DNA from: Halobacteriovoraceae bacterium
GTDB taxonomy: Bacteria > Bdellovibrionota > Bacteriovoracia > Bacteriovoracales > Bacteriovoracaceae
Assembly: GCA_963719505.1 (NCBI GenBank)
Contig: CAVRCF010000001.1
Span: 1,056,001 to 1,120,000, forward strand
Reading direction: 5' to 3'
DNA: 64,000 bases
Shown one piece after another: positions 1 through 9,530 of the stretch. Under the pieces are notes generated by a model. That model was given only the letters and a program-made list of their open reading frames with translations, searched no databases and was not told the DNA's origin. Each line of letters begins with the position of its first letter. Position 1 is the stretch's first letter. The translations under genes were made by a program, and so were the position numbers.

Positions 1-2
1 TT

Positions 3-1631
3 AATCCTGTAGCGGAAGCGGATTCCGTTTTAACTGCTTTGCCTCAGGAAATAGGATCAATTGAAAATCCAATCATTCCAACAGAAGATGATTTAGCTTT
101 TCCCGAAGATGATGAAAAAGAACTCATTTTAGAGGAACTAAAGCTCTCCGCTGATACACTTAGTGACGATCCCATAGTAGAACAGGAAGCCTCTGTTCAG
201 CATGAAAAAGAACAAGTTAAACCTCTCAATAGAAAAACAATGAAGCCTTTGACAGAAAAAGAGCCCGTGGCTCAAGTCAAATCTTCTTTTTTTAACCAAA
301 ACCTCCTTCTCTTTTTAGCCGTTATTCTTTTCATTTTAGCATTGGCAGGATTTTATTTTAGGAAGAGACTTGTTAAAGAGTTTATTGAAACAAATATCCA
401 TATTATCACTCCTGGCTATGCCCAAGTTATCCCAGAGCAAGTAAAAAAAAAACTTAACTATCTAGATCGATTCTCTTTTGGACCATTTCAGATTCAAGGC
501 TATAATACGATCTCAGGTTTTAATCTGGTTTCTTCAAAAGATTTTCAAATTGAAAACTGTGATCTTTTAAAATCAAAGTCCTTTATCGCAGGTCTTATTC
601 TTGTTGATAATTTGAGCTCATCTGAAAAAGAATTCATCAATAAATGCTCGATCATCATATCGAAAAAACAGGTAAAAATTGACGATGTTCTCTACCCTGT
701 TGATGAGGAGAGTTTGAAGAGAATCAAAGTCATTAGTTCAAAAGTATTTAAAAGAAAAGAAACTGATATAGAACTTTTAGCGACATTTCGAAATATAAAA
801 GATAGCGACAATAAAATAGAAATAAAAAAAATAGTTGATCATTTTGAAAGGTCTCCTCGACTCTTTTCAAAAATGGCCCTTCTTTCTATCTTCAATGCTC
901 TCAATTTACAGGGAAAAGTGAATTCAATTATAACGTCAATTTTGTCGACAGAGTACTCCGATCACTTCTACGCTGAAGAATATTCATTGCAGCTCAACAG
1001 AAAACTCTCTCTGTTAACATTTGAAATTTTAGAGGAACTGAAGGAAAATTATAATAATACTTTGCAGTTTGACTCCTTAACTGCTTATTTAAGTATTCAT
1101 CTTGAGGAGTATCTCAGAGATCTTATAACGGAGGAGTTTACCATCCCGAATAGACTCTCTTACGTTAAAGAGAAGACGCAGTCTTTTAATAATGCGAAGA
1201 GGTTTCCCTTTGCTTGGACCTTTTGGATTGAAAAATATAGTTCGGAAAAAGAATTGTTAAAATTTATGGATGAGGCTTTGGCTTATGAGAGACTAACAAG
1301 TGAGCAAAACCTCTTAACTACTTTTTACTCAGCCTTTCCAAAAGAAGAAGCGAAGAGACAAAAGTTGAGTGATGCTTTAAAAGTCCTAAGGCAATCAAAA
1401 GAGCTCGTAAGGAGAGAAAGAGCAGTTCGTTCTTTGGAGAATGAAGCTTTCTACAACTACCTCATATCTAAAGGAGAAGTTGATCTTAAAGCTCTCTTCG
1501 TTGAAAGGAAAAATATATACAATCAAAGCTTAAAGGATGAAAAAGCTATTCTTTATAGCATCTTTAATCTTTTGAAACTTGGAAAATTTGAAGATGAATA
1601 CCTAATTTACCTTTATGCATCTCGACTATAA
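3..1631 (+). CDS. Hypothetical membrane-anchored protein, 5'-truncated by the window edge
   Basis: Frame is open from position 3. Acidic linker, one TM helix (LLLFLAVILFILALAGFYF), then a helical domain; no family recognised. Confidence 0.75.
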   Translation, partial: NPVAEADSVLTALPQEIGSIENPIIPTEDDLAFPEDDEKELILEELKLSADTLSDDPIVEQEASVQHEKEQVKPLNRKTMKPLTEKEPVAQVKSSFFNQNLLLFLAVILFILALAGFYFRKRLVKEFIETNIHIITPGYAQVIPEQVKKKLNYLDRFSFGPFQIQGYNTISGFNLVSSKDFQIENCDLLKSKSFIAGLILVDNLSSSEKEFINKCSIIISKKQVKIDDVLYPVDEESLKRIKVISSKVFKRKETDIELLATFRNIKDSDNKIEIKKIVDHFERSPRLFSKMALLSIFNALNLQGKVNSIITSILSTEYSDHFYAEEYSLQLNRKLSLLTFEILEELKENYNNTLQFDSLTAYLSIHLEEYLRDLITEEFTIPNRLSYVKEKTQSFNNAKRFPFAWTFWIEKYSSEKELLKFMDEALAYERLTSEQNLLTTFYSAFPKEEAKRQKLSDALKVLRQSKELVRRERAVRSLENEAFYNYLISKGEVDLKALFVERKNIYNQSLKDEKAILYSIFNLLKLGKFEDEYLIYLYASRL

Positions 1632-2178
1632 ACAACCAGATTTTTATCACTTTAGTGAAGACAGTCCTAGGCTAGCGAAAGTTGCAGCTTCCATTGAGGG
1701 AGTGCATGCAACGGTTTTAGATCTATGCGCGGGTTGTGGTGTCGTGGGTATTGAATATTGGAACTTGAAAAAGCGGATAGATGAGATTTACTTTTTAGAG
1801 CGACAATCTGAATACAAAGACTCTTTAGAGCAAAATATAAAACAAATCTCAAATACATCGGTTCAATGCAGCTATCAGCATTTTCAAGAAATTACTTTAG
1901 ATCGCAAATTTGATGTGATTCTTTGTAATCCCCCTTTTTTTGCTCTAGAAGCATCAAGACCATCAGAAAACTCAAAAAGAAATCTTTGTCGATTAATGCC
2001 TAAAGCACAGATGGTAGAACTGTTAATTTTTGTAAGGGAAAGCTTGTCGCGACTTGGTAGAGCTTATTTAGTGTTGCCTCTAAACAGTCGTCAATGGGAC
2101 GAAGCCCTTAGACAAAGCAACCTTAATAAAAGAGTTATCGAGACAAATGATGCGACTTATATTGTGGAATTAGTTTAG
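1615..2178 (+). CDS. SAM-dependent methyltransferase, tRNA1(Val) m6A37 (TrmN6/YfiC)-like
   Basis: QPDFYHFSEDS N-terminal motif, VLDLCAGCG SAM motif and ILCNPPFF amino-methyltransferase motif. Confidence 0.75.
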   Translation: MHLDYKQPDFYHFSEDSPRLAKVAASIEGVHATVLDLCAGCGVVGIEYWNLKKRIDEIYFLERQSEYKDSLEQNIKQISNTSVQCSYQHFQEITLDRKFDVILCNPPFFALEASRPSENSKRNLCRLMPKAQMVELLIFVRESLSRLGRAYLVLPLNSRQWDEALRQSNLNKRVIETNDATYIVELV

Positions 2179-2709
2179 GGCAATATTTATTAAAAGATTT
2201 CTAATCTCTTCGTCTTCAACATCGGCGAACATCTCTTCGAGTTGTCTTTTTCTAGCTCTAAATTTGGGATCAAAAGGATGGGGCTGCTCTTTTACCGGTT
2301 TGGTCTCTCTATTTTTATCAACTTTAATTTTATTAAATTCCTCTGAAGAAAAATTACCAGAAGAAAAACTAATCTTTTTTATTTGTCCTTTGAAGTAAGG
2401 AAAAGCCTCTTCAATCTTTTGAATAATCATTTGACTCATAAGACTTAACTCTTGAGAGAAAATAGAATGTTTCGTAAGGATGTAGAGAGTCGATCTTTTG
2501 ATTTTTAAAGGTATGGTATTATCAGCTAACATTTTGCCAACAATGGTTTCCCATTTATTAACCAAATGAATAAAGTCGAATAAGTTTGCCTGTCGAGAAT
2601 AGTAACCCTTTTGCGCTCTTTTTTTTCTGATAGAGTTCTCAGATATATAGAGTTCTTCATCCGAGTTGGACGAAGAGAGAATTTCAGCGAGACTTTTTAT
2701 ATTTTTCAC
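2170..2709 (-). CDS. dciA: DUF721 / DciA-family protein
   Basis: W-x-x-I-V-G (KWETIVG) ... TIP ... LYI ... SQEL pattern typical of DUF721. Confidence 0.65.
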   Translation of the reverse strand: MKNIKSLAEILSSSNSDEELYISENSIRKKRAQKGYYSRQANLFDFIHLVNKWETIVGKMLADNTIPLKIKRSTLYILTKHSIFSQELSLMSQMIIQKIEEAFPYFKGQIKKISFSSGNFSSEEFNKIKVDKNRETKPVKEQPHPFDPKFRARKRQLEEMFADVEDEEIRNLLINIALN

Positions 2710-2800
2710 TCACATTATTTAGCATAGTTATTGGGTTTTTGCGAAGTGTTAATTTTATTATTTTTCTTGTCTGAGCCCCATAGATTGGATACCTATTAGT

Positions 2801-3442
2801 ATGTTAAAAATCTTATACTTTTCTATGTTCCTGATCGCATCTTGTGCAGGGTATCGTCTACAGGGCACTGATAACCCTTTTCAGCAGTACAATATTAACT
2901 CCATTGCAATTCCAATGTTTTATAATCAAAGCACTATTTCTGGAGCCACACCTTTATTTACAAAAGAGATATACCGAATGATTTCAGGCTTTGATAACTT
3001 AAAAATCAAGTCAGCGGGTGCGGACGCAACCTTGATTGGGATTCTTATGTCTGATGAAAGGATAATAGAGACAATCGCGCCTGGAGCACCTAGGAGTGTG
3101 GAAAATATAGTCGATCCTGCCATTGCAGAAAATAGAGGAGAGTTTTATATTCCCTCAAACTCTACGGTGAATCTTGCATTGAAAATCATCGTGATAAAGC
3201 AGCCAACTGAAGAAGAGATAAAGTTCTTACGTTCAAAAGCTTCAGATCAAGAATTTGTTAGCTCAAAAATTATCTTTAGCGAAAAAATAGATTTAACGAA
3301 TACCTTTACCAGAGAGCTTTATAATAACGAATCTTCGAGTGTTATTCATACTCAGAATAGAGGTTCTCTTAGGAAGTCTCTTATTACCATGTCAAAAACA
3401 GCTGCTGAAACTTTTCGGGAGATGATTTTATATGCTTTCTAA
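2801..3442 (+). CDS. lptE: LPS assembly lipoprotein LptE-like
   Basis: Lipobox LIASC followed by AGYRL, a SIAIPMFYN motif, and position directly upstream of holA as in the conserved lptE-holA order. Confidence 0.7.
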   Translation: MLKILYFSMFLIASCAGYRLQGTDNPFQQYNINSIAIPMFYNQSTISGATPLFTKEIYRMISGFDNLKIKSAGADATLIGILMSDERIIETIAPGAPRSVENIVDPAIAENRGEFYIPSNSTVNLALKIIVIKQPTEEEIKFLRSKASDQEFVSSKIIFSEKIDLTNTFTRELYNNESSSVIHTQNRGSLRKSLITMSKTAAETFREMILYAF

Positions 3443-4364
3443 GTGGAAAATTTGGGACTTTGCTAAAAGTACTGTCGCTACGAATTTAGAAACGGGTCTT
3501 CATGCTATTTATTGTTATGATACATTCCTAAATAGTCAGGTTAAGACATACGTGTCTAAAAAAATTGAATTAGCAACTTTAGATGCTCCTAGTATAACAA
3601 CATCTTGGATTGATGATAATTTTAAAAGCTTAGGTTTGTTTGGCAATACTGATTCTTTCTGTATTAACTTCGCCGATAGACTTTCTGCGGACGTTAAAGA
3701 GTCTCTTTTATCAGATGAACTGATGTTAGAAGATCGCCATCTTATCTTGATCTTTGATAAGTACGACGATTTTTTCAAAAAACTAACAGGAAAAGATAGT
3801 GTCCATGGAGTCAAAATAGATGCACCGGCATTTTGGGAAAATGATAAACTCTTAGAGTACGTAGCCGCAAAAGAAGGGGTTCAGTTAAGCTTCTCGGCAA
3901 AACAGACAATTATGGAGTTTGTTGAATCAAATATTGGATCCTATTTTAATATTATTAATAAGCTTAAGGTTAATTACGAAAAAGAGACAATAACCGATCA
4001 AATGCTTGATCTTGTGATCGATCGAGATAGGTTAGATTCATTTGAAATGGCTTCTCTTTTTGGGTTTAAAAAAATGGCCAACTTCTACAAGAGGCTATTG
4101 GATATTGATCCTGACTTCGAAACCTTAAGGTCTCTCTTTTACTTTTTACAAACACATATGGCCAAAATCTCAGACCCTCGATATATCGAAAAGAAGAGTA
4201 AGCCCTCAAAATATGATAAACAGATCCTCTCGCAGGCAAAAGTTTGGAAAGAAGGGGAACTCGTTTTAGTCATGGATTTTCTAAGGAAACTGGAATTGAA
4301 AGCGAAAACCAAAAACAACTTTCTAAAGAGCGATTTACGATCTGCCTACTATCGCTCGCTTTAA
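3432..4364 (+). CDS. holA: DNA polymerase III delta subunit (divergent)
   Basis: SLGLFG clamp-binding-like motif, 310 aa, synteny with lptE, C-terminal LELKAKT. Confidence 0.7.
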   Translation: MLSKWKIWDFAKSTVATNLETGLHAIYCYDTFLNSQVKTYVSKKIELATLDAPSITTSWIDDNFKSLGLFGNTDSFCINFADRLSADVKESLLSDELMLEDRHLILIFDKYDDFFKKLTGKDSVHGVKIDAPAFWENDKLLEYVAAKEGVQLSFSAKQTIMEFVESNIGSYFNIINKLKVNYEKETITDQMLDLVIDRDRLDSFEMASLFGFKKMANFYKRLLDIDPDFETLRSLFYFLQTHMAKISDPRYIEKKSKPSKYDKQILSQAKVWKEGELVLVMDFLRKLELKAKTKNNFLKSDLRSAYYRSL

Positions 4365-4367
4365 AAC

Positions 4368-4421
4368 TGTGTTGTTTCTGGGCAATTATGTCCGGTTAAT
4401 TTCTGAGCGATTATGTCCTAT
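4368..4421 (+). repeat. Left terminal inverted repeat of the IS, with tandem putative transposase-binding sites
   Basis: TGTGTTGTTTCTGGGCAATTATGTCCGGTTAATTTCTGAGCGATTATGTCCTAT aligns with the reverse complement of 5641-5696. Confidence 0.85.
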
Positions 4422-4427
4422 CAGACT

Positions 4428-5591
4428 TTAAGCGCTTTTTCTGTGTTTCGACTTATCACCATAGTCACTTAATCTTTTCCTATTACTAACTTTACATTGA
4501 ACTTTTCTGCCCATCACATCGAAGCTGTAGCTTCCATCAAGGTGAATATTTATATTGATTTCTCGTCCATAGAAACACCTTTTTTCATCCAACACCCAAG
4601 TCACATTCTCCCAACTAAATACATTTCCAACCATAATTTTTCGCCTAATCTTTTTACAAAATATAATATCTAGGTCTCCAAAAACATTTTTTCTCCAGGC
4701 TTTTTCTTCTTCTTCTTCGGCTTTGACTGAGAATTGAAAATTGTATGCAGGAATAAAAATCTCTTTTAAGTAATAATTGGCTTCTTCAATATTTGTTATG
4801 TGATTAAATTCTAACTCCGCTACCAGTCTGTCTTGGAATGTTCTCCAGAGTCTCTCTATTCTTCCCTTTGCTTGAGAAGAACCTGCTAAGATTAATTGAA
4901 TTCCTGTTTGATCAAATGCTCTCGAAATTTGTGATTCCCACTCGCGCTCTTTCTTACCATAAATACCTGCTTGGTCCATATAGAAACTTTCTGGCAATCC
5001 ATAGTTATCAACGATCTCCCTAATCACCTTCAGAGAGTTATTTGACGTCTCTCCATAGAAAAATTCAGCACCAACAACAATCCCGGTAGCATCATCAATT
5101 CCTCCAATCAAATCAGTTCTTTCATCACCGAACCAAGTATGATCACTTCCATCAAACTGAATCATCATCCCTTCTTTTGGAAGTCTTGCTCTTGGTTTAT
5201 GGCACCGTCTTCCTCTTCGTTTAGGATGTTTTACAAGGCAATGTTTCCTAGCAATTGAGTGAAGTGCATCTTTTTTGATTTTAATTTCCTCATACTCTTC
5301 TATCTTTTCTCGAAAATGAGTTAGATTAAAGTTTCGATATTGATTTTTTAGAAGAGAGACTATTTTTTCTTCAACTTCGAATGGAGTTTTATTGTGAGGA
5401 GTTCGATTAATGTTTCCATGTAAGACACCAATCGAACCCTTGGCCTTAACTTTATTGATAATTCTCTGAGATTGTCGATACGATTTTCCAATCTGTTCAG
5501 AGAAGGAAATTATAGTTAACTTACCTTCAATAACATCCATGGCCAGGCGATACTGCTTCAATTCTTTTTGTGACATAGTGACTTTTCCCAT
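4428..5591 (-). CDS. IS1202/ISNCY-family DDE transposase
   Basis: N-terminal HTH; QFDGS-H-WF, IDDATG, YMDQAG and AKGRIERLWRTFQDRL motifs. Confidence 0.93.
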   Translation of the reverse strand: MGKVTMSQKELKQYRLAMDVIEGKLTIISFSEQIGKSYRQSQRIINKVKAKGSIGVLHGNINRTPHNKTPFEVEEKIVSLLKNQYRNFNLTHFREKIEEYEEIKIKKDALHSIARKHCLVKHPKRRGRRCHKPRARLPKEGMMIQFDGSDHTWFGDERTDLIGGIDDATGIVVGAEFFYGETSNNSLKVIREIVDNYGLPESFYMDQAGIYGKKEREWESQISRAFDQTGIQLILAGSSQAKGRIERLWRTFQDRLVAELEFNHITNIEEANYYLKEIFIPAYNFQFSVKAEEEEEKAWRKNVFGDLDIIFCKKIRRKIMVGNVFSWENVTWVLDEKRCFYGREININIHLDGSYSFDVMGRKVQCKVSNRKRLSDYGDKSKHRKSA

Positions 5592-5640
5592 TCAATTCCC
5601 CTAATAACTGATTGGAATCAGGGTACATAAATATTATTGA

Positions 5641-5696
5641 ATAGGACATAATCGCTGAGAAATAAGGATAGGACATAATCGTCTAGTTTCTATACA
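5641..5696 (-). repeat. Right terminal inverted repeat of the IS
   Basis: Reverse complement reads TGTATAGAAACTAGACGATTATGTCCTATCCTTATTTCTCAGCGATTATGTCCTAT. Confidence 0.85.
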
Positions 5697-5766
5697 GCTC
5701 TATCTATACTTCTTACAGATTCACCCTTATTACCCTCCTTATTACAGGTGGTTGGCCTTAATCTTT

Positions 5767-5782
5767 TGGCATTGAGCTTGCT
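5767..5782 (+). promoter_or_regulatory. Sigma-54 (-24/-12) promoter
   Basis: TGGCATTGAGCTTGCT has exact GG-N10-GC spacing and lies just upstream of a GGAG RBS and the ATG at 5806. Confidence 0.75.
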
Positions 5783-5793
5783 TCTATATAGGG

Positions 5794-7788
5794 GTGGAGA
5801 GATTTATGATGAAAATGATATTAGGAATTTTACTTTTAGTTAGCCAGTCCGTCTGGGCGAAGCACACAGCCGTAAACATCACGGCTAATGGACTGGGAAA
5901 TATTCTAGGAAAGGTTGTCTCCTCTTATCATGAGTCTCAAGGGACTCGATCTTTAACTTATTCACAAAAAACCGTATTTGAAAAAATTCCAGCAAGTGCT
6001 TTTAATGATAATAAGGTGATAAAAGCAATCAATGAATTCGTACCATTGAATCAAAGAGAAGACTTTGTCTTTTACATAGATACTTCTCCTATTAAAATTG
6101 ATGGAAATATTCTTGAAAATTCTTTGAGAGTTTCAACAAAGGGAACTCATAAAAACTTTGATATTGGCATTAAGGTTTCAGTGGATGGTTTAAATATTCA
6201 TGGAAGTTCAATTGAACTTTGTGAGTTAAAAAAATGGAAGTGTGATAGAGAAAAAAATCTCTATGGGAAAATAAAAAATTATTCTATATCGACAAGAGAT
6301 AAATTGGATCTTGCCGCAGTGCTAACAGTAAATGTCGTGAATGGAAAAACAAATATTAAGTTCAAAGAGATGTATTCAAACCTTAAAGCTCCTCGAACAT
6401 CGACAGAGCAATATGTGTATAACCAACTTGGAATCTCTAAAACTCCTGTTCGGTTAAATATTAATTTTTCTGACTTTGAGCTTCCACCGCTGAAACTAAC
6501 AATTGACGGTGAAGAGCTAAGAACAGACCTTACAAAACTCAAAGGTGCAATCCTTGCTCAGAAAAATTCCCTCGGTGCCTCTCTCGCTCTTTTCGCTGGA
6601 GAATTCATTGCAAAAGATTTAGTAAGTCTTATTAATAAAGAAGTCATGGATCCAGCTGATAATATTAAATCAAAATTCGCAATACTTGATTACGAGAGAG
6701 AACTTGAAGACCTTCGTAGTCAAATCGGTCAAATGTTTAATACCAATGCTCGTCCTATTAATTTCAATTCTAATATGACAATGATGGACAAGGTTAAAGC
6801 GATTTTAAAAGCTGTCATCAGTTCTGCAAAATACGACTTAGAGTTCTCAGGTGCGAAAGCGACTCAGATGAAAAACTTAAGTCTTCAATTTAAGAATTCA
6901 TTTTCTCTTAATGGAAGGAAATGGAATTTAGGTGAATCTTTAAGAAATGGAAAAGGAAAACTTTCAGAAATCGATTTTAGTAAGCTCAAAGATAAAAATT
7001 ACGACTTTGCTGTCGCAATCAGTGAACCCGTTTTAAACGGTGCTCTAGATGCTCTTAATAAAACGAATGTTGTTCAACGCATTGTCAAAGATGCTGCTGA
7101 TATGAAGGGCATCTATGTGAAGAAAATTCACCTTCATCTCGAAGGTGGAGGGACGAGAACGATTAAGGTTCGAGACCGTTCAAACTATACAACGACTCAG
7201 TATCCAACTATTGCAGCAGATAATACAAGAGTTGTTAGACCTAGAAACTATGAATTAGAAAGGGCTTCTAACTCATTTGAAAGACCAAGTTATGACGATG
7301 GTTTTAAAGAAATTCAAGTGACTTCCAAAGGCGAGATCGTTTTAGTAGCAGAAGTAGAAATTAAACTAAGCGAACTTCCGACTGATGGTATTGGCAATTA
7401 TATTAGCAATGGAATTGGATCAATGGTTGAGGGAGGAAGCATTTGGTTTCCACTTGAGATCAGCTTTGTTCCAAGATTAGTGAAAAGAGATGGAAAAATG
7501 TTTATCTCCTTCAAAGCGAGTAACCCTATTCAAGGAAAGACTCTTAGAAATACTTACGGTTATCCATATAAAGAGATGTGGAGCAAAGTGGAAAATTCAG
7601 TTCTTGGCACTTTAGAAGAGGACCTTCTTCCAGAGCTAGAGTCACTTCCAGAAATAGAAATCACAAGTTTCCTTGACGTCGACGGATTAAAGTTAACACC
7701 AAAGAATATTTATGTTGAGAAATCTGGGCATATCATTATTACAACAGATATAGAGAGATTGAATCTAAAAACATTGGGGAGTAAATAG
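5794..7788 (+). CDS. Secreted protein, putative BPI/LBP (TULIP)-like lipid-binding fold; likely start ATG 5806
   Basis: Signal peptide. AVNITANGLGNI and FAVAISEPVLNGALDAL resemble the N- and C-domain signatures of BPI/LBP. Fold call made by eye only. Confidence 0.55.
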   Translation: MERFMMKMILGILLLVSQSVWAKHTAVNITANGLGNILGKVVSSYHESQGTRSLTYSQKTVFEKIPASAFNDNKVIKAINEFVPLNQREDFVFYIDTSPIKIDGNILENSLRVSTKGTHKNFDIGIKVSVDGLNIHGSSIELCELKKWKCDREKNLYGKIKNYSISTRDKLDLAAVLTVNVVNGKTNIKFKEMYSNLKAPRTSTEQYVYNQLGISKTPVRLNINFSDFELPPLKLTIDGEELRTDLTKLKGAILAQKNSLGASLALFAGEFIAKDLVSLINKEVMDPADNIKSKFAILDYERELEDLRSQIGQMFNTNARPINFNSNMTMMDKVKAILKAVISSAKYDLEFSGAKATQMKNLSLQFKNSFSLNGRKWNLGESLRNGKGKLSEIDFSKLKDKNYDFAVAISEPVLNGALDALNKTNVVQRIVKDAADMKGIYVKKIHLHLEGGGTRTIKVRDRSNYTTTQYPTIAADNTRVVRPRNYELERASNSFERPSYDDGFKEIQVTSKGEIVLVAEVEIKLSELPTDGIGNYISNGIGSMVEGGSIWFPLEISFVPRLVKRDGKMFISFKASNPIQGKTLRNTYGYPYKEMWSKVENSVLGTLEEDLLPELESLPEIEITSFLDVDGLKLTPKNIYVEKSGHIIITTDIERLNLKTLGSK

Positions 7789-9530
7789 TGATAAAGTTAA
7801 TTTCGATAATTCTTTTATTGGCTACTGCAAGCGCAAGCTTTGCTAAGACTCCTGATATTTTGGTCTATTCAAGAACTGATAAAGAGTGGAATATATTCCT
7901 ACTCGAAGAGTTTAGAATGTTGATGGACAATATCGGTATTCATGGAGTCGATCCAAAAAACATCGAACTTTCAGACCCTATTATTTATTCAGAAGAGAGT
8001 GTTAGGAAGTATGTTACTGATGATCTTCATAACGTTTTGGAAAGAGTTGGTGATATTGTTGGTCTATCCTACGCAAGTATTAAGCCTCGACTTATTGTCA
8101 ATGAATTTGCTTACTCCGTTCGAAAGTTTGAACCCAAGATTACTCCAAGTGAAGATGCTCAAGGGAATGTCACTTTAAAATCTACGATTGCTGTTACTGG
8201 TCTCGCGGCTAGTGCAAGAGATCTCTCACTTGAATTTGAAGTCGAAGGTTTAACGAAAAGACCGACTGTGAGAATTATTAAGCCTACTATTGTTTTAAAG
8301 AGAGGGGCAAAAATAGATTTTGATTTAGATGTTAAGTTTGTCGAAAAAAATGGAGAAATGAAAGTTGAGCTCAGCCAAGGGAACTTCTCTCGAATCACGC
8401 AAATGCTGACAGAGGACCATGACCTTATTGATATTATATTTGATGAAAAGCAAATTGAGTTCCCTGATATTAGAGGAAGTTTTGCCGGAAGAGAGCTGCG
8501 GTTAAATCACCAAAGAATTATCGATATTATCGTTGAGAATAAAGCAAATCTAAAAGTATTATTATTTGATCAATTACATGAATTATTCAAAAGAAACTTA
8601 GCTGAAGAGCTTCTTAAATCTTTTGATAATATTAACTTTAAATCTGACCGATGGATTGAACCAGCAACAGATGCTATTTTTCCAATTTATTTAAAACTTG
8701 TCGATTTTTCAAATCCATTCGGAAGTATTTTCTTAGCGGAAATCGCTGGAGATTTTTGTACAACTCGAAGCTACGTCTCTTATGCAGGTAATTGTATTCA
8801 CAATAGAGTTACAAAAGCTCATGCTGATGTCAGAACAAAAGCAGACTTGAAGAAGTCTCAAGCTCTTATAGAAAAGGGTTTTAAAACGAGACCCGATATG
8901 AAGTTTCTTGCTAGTGTCAGTGAGAACTATATAAACAAAGCCATTGCGACAACTTATGATTTTGGTCTTTGGGAGCCAATACTTAAAGAGATGGGGGCTT
9001 CACTTGATGAAAAGAAGATTCTAGTAAAGTTGGATGAAAGTGGAACAAAAGCCACAGTGATCTTGGATATCCACTACGAACTTGGAAAGTGGGAAGGAAG
9101 AGCGGTCAGAGAAAAGTTTGTCCGTTTCCCAGCCATTTTAAAAGCAAATGTAAGAGTGGAAAATAAAGATATTGGTGGAGAGAAAACAGCGCAAATCATT
9201 TTTAATGTCTATGATGTAGTCTTAGACGATAATATTTTAAGGTACGGACATAAAGAATATGGATTTCCATCAAATGTAAACTTAATGAGAAAGATCTTTA
9301 TCAAGAAAGTGGTAAAGATGATAAAAGCTGAGCTCTTTGCATATGATGCTGAAACAGCTCGTGAGAGGTTAGGAAAGTGGAGCGGTATGGACCTTCCTCC
9401 AGTGGATCTTCCTGAAATTAATAATATGCATATAGAAAAAATGCACCTTGAATCGGATGGTCACGGCAGAGTTAATATTATTCTAGAGGGAGATACCCCG
9501 TCATTTAGACGAAGATCTAGAACACTCTAG
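7788..9530 (+). CDS. Secreted protein, putative BPI/LBP (TULIP)-like fold
   Basis: Signal peptide; FLASVSENYINKAIATTYDFG resembles the BPI C-domain signature; start overlaps the previous stop (TAGTG). Confidence 0.55.
   Translation: MIKLISIILLLATASASFAKTPDILVYSRTDKEWNIFLLEEFRMLMDNIGIHGVDPKNIELSDPIIYSEESVRKYVTDDLHNVLERVGDIVGLSYASIKPRLIVNEFAYSVRKFEPKITPSEDAQGNVTLKSTIAVTGLAASARDLSLEFEVEGLTKRPTVRIIKPTIVLKRGAKIDFDLDVKFVEKNGEMKVELSQGNFSRITQMLTEDHDLIDIIFDEKQIEFPDIRGSFAGRELRLNHQRIIDIIVENKANLKVLLFDQLHELFKRNLAEELLKSFDNINFKSDRWIEPATDAIFPIYLKLVDFSNPFGSIFLAEIAGDFCTTRSYVSYAGNCIHNRVTKAHADVRTKADLKKSQALIEKGFKTRPDMKFLASVSENYINKAIATTYDFGLWEPILKEMGASLDEKKILVKLDESGTKATVILDIHYELGKWEGRAVREKFVRFPAILKANVRVENKDIGGEKTAQIIFNVYDVVLDDNILRYGHKEYGFPSNVNLMRKIFIKKVVKMIKAELFAYDAETARERLGKWSGMDLPPVDLPEINNMHIEKMHLESDGHGRVNIILEGDTPSFRRRSRTL

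Larger units (their letters stand above)
4368..5696 (-). mobile_element. Insertion sequence, IS1202 family (formerly ISNCY; IS481-related), 1329 bp
   Basis: TGT...ACA termini. Imperfect ~55-bp inverted repeats each carry two copies of an (C/G)(G/A)ATTATGTCC motif. One DDE transposase inside; no flanking target duplication seen. Confidence 0.88.

Noticed and set aside
4330-4367. dif/xrs site targeted by the IS1202-family element
   Set aside because: Neither flank resembles XerC/XerD arms (no TTATGTTAAA-like sequence).
4703-4719. (TTC)n microsatellite in the transposase
   Set aside because: A short in-frame poly-Glu run with no evidence of functional variation.
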